Shown piece by piece: positions 15,714 to 20,000 of a DNA stretch of 20,000 nucleotides (position 1 is the first letter of the stretch; every line of letters begins with the position of its first letter). The notes below the pieces were generated by a model, which was not told the origin of the DNA, ran no database searches, and saw nothing but the letters and a program-made list of their open reading frames with translations. This DNA comes from an uncultured virus (IMG/VR IMGVR_UViG_3300011883_000001). Lineage: Duplodnaviria > Heunggongvirae > Uroviricota > Caudoviricetes > Schitoviridae. The stretch lies in IMG/VR virus record IMGVR_UViG_3300011883_000001. One strand, 5' to 3'. The position numbers and the translations under genes were made by a program.

Positions 15714-15983
15714 ATGTTATTGAGCAGATATCAGATTCAAGTTAAAGACCACACTTTATATGAACTACCTAGGCTTAATTTTGAATACTCAGGAGGAATA
15801 TTCAAAGACGATACTGTTTTGGTTATACGCAATGACAATGCAAATACTAAACCTTTAATTACTTTAAGTTGTACTCAAGATTATGCAGTACTTCAGCAAC
15901 TCACTGTCGAACAGTACACAGTACTTACGTTCCTTCCAACTATTGAAAGTATCTGTACATACCTAGAATATTTGAAGGAATAA
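15714..15983 (+). CDS. Small hypothetical protein, expanded family (sister of 15987-16262)
   Basis: RYQIQV...LPRLNFEY...LTVEQYTVLTFLPTIESICTYLEYL. Confidence 0.8.
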   Translation: MLLSRYQIQVKDHTLYELPRLNFEYSGGIFKDDTVLVIRNDNANTKPLITLSCTQDYAVLQQLTVEQYTVLTFLPTIESICTYLEYLKE

Positions 15984-15986
15984 AAG

Positions 15987-16262
15987 ATGAAACGGCGTTA
16001 TCAAGTTGAAGTGCTTGGATACTTAGTAGGTACGCTCCCACCTTTAGATTTTAAGTATGATAGTATTATTTATAGCAATGATAAGTACTTGCATGTTCTT
16101 CCATACAGAAAAGCAGATCCATTAATTACGTATACTGACTATACACCTTATGCAGATCTAATTCAGATCACATTACCTCAATATTATGCCATGAGACTAC
16201 TTCCTACAATAGAAGCAGTATGTGCTTTCTTAGATGGTTTAGAACAGGAAAATACTAAATGA
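15987..16262 (+). CDS. Small hypothetical protein, expanded family
   Basis: RYQVEV...LPPLDFKY...ITLPQYYAMRLLPTIEAVCAFLDGL. Confidence 0.8.
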   Translation: MKRRYQVEVLGYLVGTLPPLDFKYDSIIYSNDKYLHVLPYRKADPLITYTDYTPYADLIQITLPQYYAMRLLPTIEAVCAFLDGLEQENTK

Positions 16263-16567
16263 ATAATATAATTATTTTTAGAGTAGCATGTAAGCAACCT
16301 GTAGATTTACCTGCTTTAAATATTCCATACAGTATTCCTGTTCTAACAATTGATCAGGCTATTTTAATTGATGGCAATAACGGAACAGCACAAGGAATTA
16401 TTAACCCAGATATATCCAAATATACAACTATGCTTATCACTCTAGAACAGTATCTAGTTATGACATTATTGCCTAGTGCTACAGCATGTATTCATTATTT
16501 AAATTCTCTACTTGAAGAGAATGCTCCGCATTCTTCTGTGGTCTTAAATCCAGACATTAAGGAATAA
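16259..16567 (+). CDS. Small hypothetical protein, expanded family
   Basis: LPALNIPY...ITLEQYLVMTLLPSATACIHYLNSLL. Confidence 0.8.
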   Translation: MNNIIIFRVACKQPVDLPALNIPYSIPVLTIDQAILIDGNNGTAQGIINPDISKYTTMLITLEQYLVMTLLPSATACIHYLNSLLEENAPHSSVVLNPDIKE

Positions 16568-16570
16568 ATT

Positions 16571-16882
16571 ATGTTCACTAAAGAACAACGTCAAAACATT
16601 GTTGCTGATTGGCAAACCAATACTTATAGCTATGCTGATTTAGCTCGTAAGTACGATAGCTCTCAATCCAATATTGCTCGTCTACTGCATGAAGAACGTG
16701 CTGTACGTACTGTCATTATTAAAGGTAAACCACGTACTGAAACAGTGACTAATATTCGTCATAAAGCGAACTGGGAAAATAAATTATTAGATACCCTTCG
16801 CTTTCATGGTTTAGATGATGCTGATAAACTCCAGCGTTTTATTTCGGAGGCTAAACAGAATGCACAAACCAATCGAACCTAA
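16571..16882 (+). CDS. Helix-turn-helix DNA-binding protein
   Basis: FTKEQRQNI...SYADLARKYDSSQSNIARLL fits an HTH pattern. Confidence 0.75.
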   Translation: MFTKEQRQNIVADWQTNTYSYADLARKYDSSQSNIARLLHEERAVRTVIIKGKPRTETVTNIRHKANWENKLLDTLRFHGLDDADKLQRFISEAKQNAQTNRT

Positions 16883-17039
16883 ACCATTGTATCCAAGTAT
16901 GGATACTCTGGATGAAGCTGTAGCTGAGATTAAAGCAAGACTGCCTATTGAAAACAGTATTGAACTCAGTGCAGCTCTTGGCTTATACCACAACACACTC
17001 CTGAGCATTATTGAACAGGAAACCAATAATCAGGAGTAG
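16860..17039 (+). CDS. Small conserved N4-like phage protein (LYHNTLL motif)
   Basis: GGAGG SD before ATG 16860; PLYPSMDTLDEAV...LPI....L..YHNTLL, recalled from N4-like genomes upstream of the ATPase. Confidence 0.7.
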   Translation: MHKPIEPKPLYPSMDTLDEAVAEIKARLPIENSIELSAALGLYHNTLLSIIEQETNNQE

Positions 17040-17041
17040 TT

Positions 17042-17371
17042 ATGTCTTCTGAACAACAACTAACTCAATGGCAGCAGATTACTTTTAAGAATACTGAATC
17101 AATTACGAAACTTATTGAACAGTATGGTATTGAAATTAACAGACACGCTAACATGAATAATTCATATTATTTCATTGATCATCATGATGATGATGTAGAA
17201 GGTTTGGATGACCTGAGTTTGAATACTCACGATATGGTTTATGATATTGATATCTTCTTAGATGAAGATGCTGCTGCTGGTCTTCTTAGCTTGATGACTA
17301 TACTCAAGGATAACTTTGAAGCTATTAAAGCTTATGTTCTTGAACATGCATCAGAATATCCAGGAGATTAA
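17042..17371 (+). CDS. Small acidic protein, probable member of the expanded family (sister of 17374-17715)
   Basis: WQQITFKNTESITKLIEQYGI...LLSLMTILKDNFEAIKAYV; AGGAG SD. Confidence 0.8.
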   Translation: MSSEQQLTQWQQITFKNTESITKLIEQYGIEINRHANMNNSYYFIDHHDDDVEGLDDLSLNTHDMVYDIDIFLDEDAAAGLLSLMTILKDNFEAIKAYVLEHASEYPGD

Positions 17372-17373
17372 AC

Positions 17374-17715
17374 ATGAAGGTAAATATTCCTCGATTACTC
17401 TACTGGAATCAGATCATGTTCAGCAACACTGAACAAAACAGACAATATTGTTATGCGTTTGGTTTATGTGATGAGGAAGATTTAAAACGTTTTGACCATT
17501 ATGCAAAAGATGATCCTTATTTATTCATAAGCGAAACATCTGATGAAGATTTTGAGCTTAATGGTTGTTTTTGTGTATGTGAGTTTGGAAAGATTGATTC
17601 AAAAGATTTATTAATTCCAGACCAACTTGTTGTACCTTTAGTTAGCTACCTTCAGCTAACCAATCCAACTTTAAATGAAACAGCTCAATTTTTAGAGCAA
17701 CTACTTAACCCTTAA
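17374..17715 (+). CDS. Small protein, probable member of the expanded family
   Basis: WNQIMFSNTEQNRQYCYAFGL...IPDQLVVPLVSYLQLTNPTLNETAQFLEQLL; AGGAG SD. Confidence 0.8.
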   Translation: MKVNIPRLLYWNQIMFSNTEQNRQYCYAFGLCDEEDLKRFDHYAKDDPYLFISETSDEDFELNGCFCVCEFGKIDSKDLLIPDQLVVPLVSYLQLTNPTLNETAQFLEQLLNP

Positions 17716-17728
17716 TAGGAAAAAACAA

Positions 17729-18754
17729 ATGAATACTTCTATTTCTAAAGCTCGTCAATTAGTTATTGCTCTTATGCAGTCTAACGTTCCTGTAAACCTA
17801 ATCAGTTCTCCTGGTTTAGGTAAATCAGATTTGATTCGTTCTATCGCAGACGAATTTAAACTTAAACTGATTGACTTGCGTTTATCTACTTGTGATGTAA
17901 CAGACTTAACAGGTCTGCCTAACATCAATGAACAAGGTCGTTCAGTATGGTCACCAAATGAATGCTTCCCTGTACAAGGTGACAAGATTCCTGATGGTTA
18001 CGAAGGTTGGTTATTATTCCTTGATGAAATTACCAATGCTCCACGTGCTGTACAGGCTGCTGCTTACAAATTAGTTTTAGACCGTCAGGTAGGTATGTTT
18101 GATTTACATGAAAAAGTAATCATCGTATCTGCAGGTAACAAGGTAGATGACAATGCAGCTGTAACAGAAGAAATGTCTACAGCACTAAAGTCTCGTATGG
18201 CTCATATCAATCTTGAGATCAACGTAGATGATTGGTTAGACTGGGCTATGCGTCAAAACGTACACCACTCTATTACATCATTTATTGAATTCAAACGTAC
18301 ATCTTTGTACAATTTCCAACCGAATGTTGCAGCTGATACTTTCCCATGTCCGCGTACTTGGGGAATGGTAGCGAAGATTGTAGACAATGTAGGGATTAAT
18401 AATCCTGCTTTACAAGACCTTGTAGCAGCAACTATTGGTGATGGTACAGCACATGAATACATGAGCTTTACCAAGTTCTTCAGTAACTTGCCTAAGTTTG
18501 AAGATATCGTAGCTAATCCAGAAAAAGCTAAAGTACCTGAACAACCAGGACCTCTTTATGCAATCTCTGGTTCTATCGGCTCTCAGATTGAAACCAAGAA
18601 TGCATCTGCTGTATGGAAGTATGTGTTACGTCTTCCTATGGAATTCCAGATGTGTGTATTCCTGAACACTGTTAAACGTAATCCAGGTTTAGCAGCAAAC
18701 AAAGATGTGTTGGATTGGGCAGTTAAATTTGCACCTAAAATCTTAGGTCAATAA
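17729..18754 (+). CDS. MoxR-like AAA+ ATPase (N4 gp24-like)
   Basis: Walker A SSPGLGKS, Walker B LLFLDE, sensor AGN, ALKSR, FPCPRTW. Confidence 0.92.
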   Translation: MNTSISKARQLVIALMQSNVPVNLISSPGLGKSDLIRSIADEFKLKLIDLRLSTCDVTDLTGLPNINEQGRSVWSPNECFPVQGDKIPDGYEGWLLFLDEITNAPRAVQAAAYKLVLDRQVGMFDLHEKVIIVSAGNKVDDNAAVTEEMSTALKSRMAHINLEINVDDWLDWAMRQNVHHSITSFIEFKRTSLYNFQPNVAADTFPCPRTWGMVAKIVDNVGINNPALQDLVAATIGDGTAHEYMSFTKFFSNLPKFEDIVANPEKAKVPEQPGPLYAISGSIGSQIETKNASAVWKYVLRLPMEFQMCVFLNTVKRNPGLAANKDVLDWAVKFAPKILGQ

Positions 18755-18767
18755 TTAAATAAACCTT

Positions 18768-18795
18768 GCCTAGTAGAAATACTAGGCTTTCTTTC
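18768..18795 (+). terminator. Rho-independent terminator between the ATPase and VWA genes
   Basis: GCCTAGTA-gaaa-TACTAGGC followed by TTTCTTTC. Confidence 0.7.
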
Positions 18796-18809
18796 TTACG
18801 GGAATAAAC

Positions 18810-19950
18810 ATGCAATCATTTACACCAACACAAGAACAACGTGATGCTTTATCAGTAGTTCGTGTACATATCTTACGTAAACCAGAAAATGCATTCTTTG
18901 CTACCTTGGTTTTAAACACTCCTACTCACTGGACAATGTCAGTTCCTACTGCAGCAACCAATGGTATTGATTTGTTTATTAACCCTGATTTCTTCATGGG
19001 ACTTAATAAAGAAGAACGTATGTTCCTGCTGGTCCATGAATGTATGCATGTGGTTTATGAACATGCTAACCGACTAGGTAACCGTGATCGTCGTTTATGG
19101 AACGTAGCTGCAGATTACGTAATTAACATAGATCTGGTAGATCGTGGTTATGTTATGCCTAAAAAAGGACTTCTTGATCAGAAGTATCGTGGTATGTCTG
19201 CAGATGAAGTTTATGAGAAACTTCGTGAAGAAGATAACCAGGATCAAGCTCCGTGGGATGATCTTCAACCTAGCTCTAATGGCTCAGGAGAAGACGGAGA
19301 AGGTGAAGGGAATAGTAATGGTAACCAACCTACTTATACATCAGAAGAAATCTCTGAGCACGTTAAAAGCTTAGCTGTACAGGCTACTCAAGCAAGTAAG
19401 CTGGCTAAAGAAGCTGGAGGTATTCCAGGTGATATTGAACGTTTATTAGATGATTTATTAAACCCTAAGCTTCCATGGGATAAGATCCTTCAACGGTTCT
19501 TGTTCTCTATTAACAAGACAGATTACTCTTGGGCTAAACCAAACAGACGTTTCCTACATAAAGGTATTATCTTACCTTCTATGCATGGTGATTCTATTGG
19601 TCAACTAGACTTTGCTATTGATACCTCTGGTTCAGTAAGNNNNNNNNNNACGATTCAAACCTACTGGTGTAGGTGTGATGCAGTTTGACCACGTTATTCA
19701 GTCAGTCAACCAGGTAGCTACAATCCATGAATTTAAGAAACTTAAATTTAAGGGAGGAGGCGGTACTAATATTGAGCCAGTACTGCAGCATTTTAAAACC
19801 AAATCACAAGCTAAAGCTTTGATCGTACTGACAGATGGATACTTCCATCACAGTAAAGAAATGGACCCAAATAAACCTGTTGTATGGCTTATCTACGATA
19901 ACCCAGGATGGCAACCTCCATTTGGTACAGCTATTTACTTTGACAATTAA
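18810..19950 (+). CDS. Putative metallopeptidase plus VWA-domain protein (N4 gp25-like); one gene interrupted by a 10-N gap at 19640-19649
   Basis: TAATNG, HECMH (HExxH), WNVAADYVIN, MIDAS-like IDTSGS before the gap; RFKPTGVGVMQFD, GGGGT and LTDGY after it. Confidence 0.9.
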
Positions 19951-19952
19951 TA

Positions 19953-19974
19953 TAAGGACTCTACGGAGTCCTTA
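19953..19974 (+). terminator. Stable hairpin after the VWA gene (terminator or RNA-stabilising stem)
   Basis: TAAGGACTC-tacg-GAGTCCTTA, a cUACGg tetraloop, with no adjacent U run. Confidence 0.55.
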
Positions 19975-20000
19975 AACTATTTTAAATTATGAAGGAATAA

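Noticed and set aside
866..19374. Minus-strand and alternate-frame ORFs in the track (e.g. 866-1099, 1185-1421, 2541-2738, 5519-5776, 8945-9157, 11215-11481, 14482-14847, 17755-17985, 19144-19374)
   Set aside because: They are shadows of well-supported + strand genes and lack an RBS or recognisable motifs.
19640..19688. Apparent split or frameshift of the peptidase/VWA gene
   Set aside because: It coincides with a 10-N scaffold gap; the downstream frame is open from the gap onward.
1..20000. tRNA genes or stop-codon reassignment
   Set aside because: No cloverleaf recognised by eye; genes end normally in TAA, TGA or TAG at high coding density.

Overview
Segment of an N4-like (Schitoviridae-type) lytic phage genome, AT-rich, with every credible gene on the + strand. 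The tail-fibre chaperone suggests an Acinetobacter/Moraxellaceae host (inference). The window runs from the end of a tail fibre and its chaperone (1-2221), across a non-coding stretch that probably holds the genome end/start junction, into an early region with four identical GCGAAGC mini-hairpin promoters of the virion-RNAP type. It continues through the two subunits of the N4-type RNA polymerase II (8080-9039; 11798-13032, frameshifted near 12383) and ends at a MoxR-like AAA ATPase plus metallopeptidase/VWA pair. Main observations: (1) about 20 small, highly diverged paralogous ORFs with a shared C-terminal helical motif fill the early/middle region in tandem arrays; (2) an intron-less homing endonuclease sits inside the 5' end of the RNAP II subunit 2 gene and is followed by a synonymously recoded replacement of the first ~19 codons; (3) a ~200-nt structured intergenic element contains a clean H-type pseudoknot. 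There are two N gaps (3158-3213, 19640-19649). All family assignments come from motif recognition by eye; no database searches were run.
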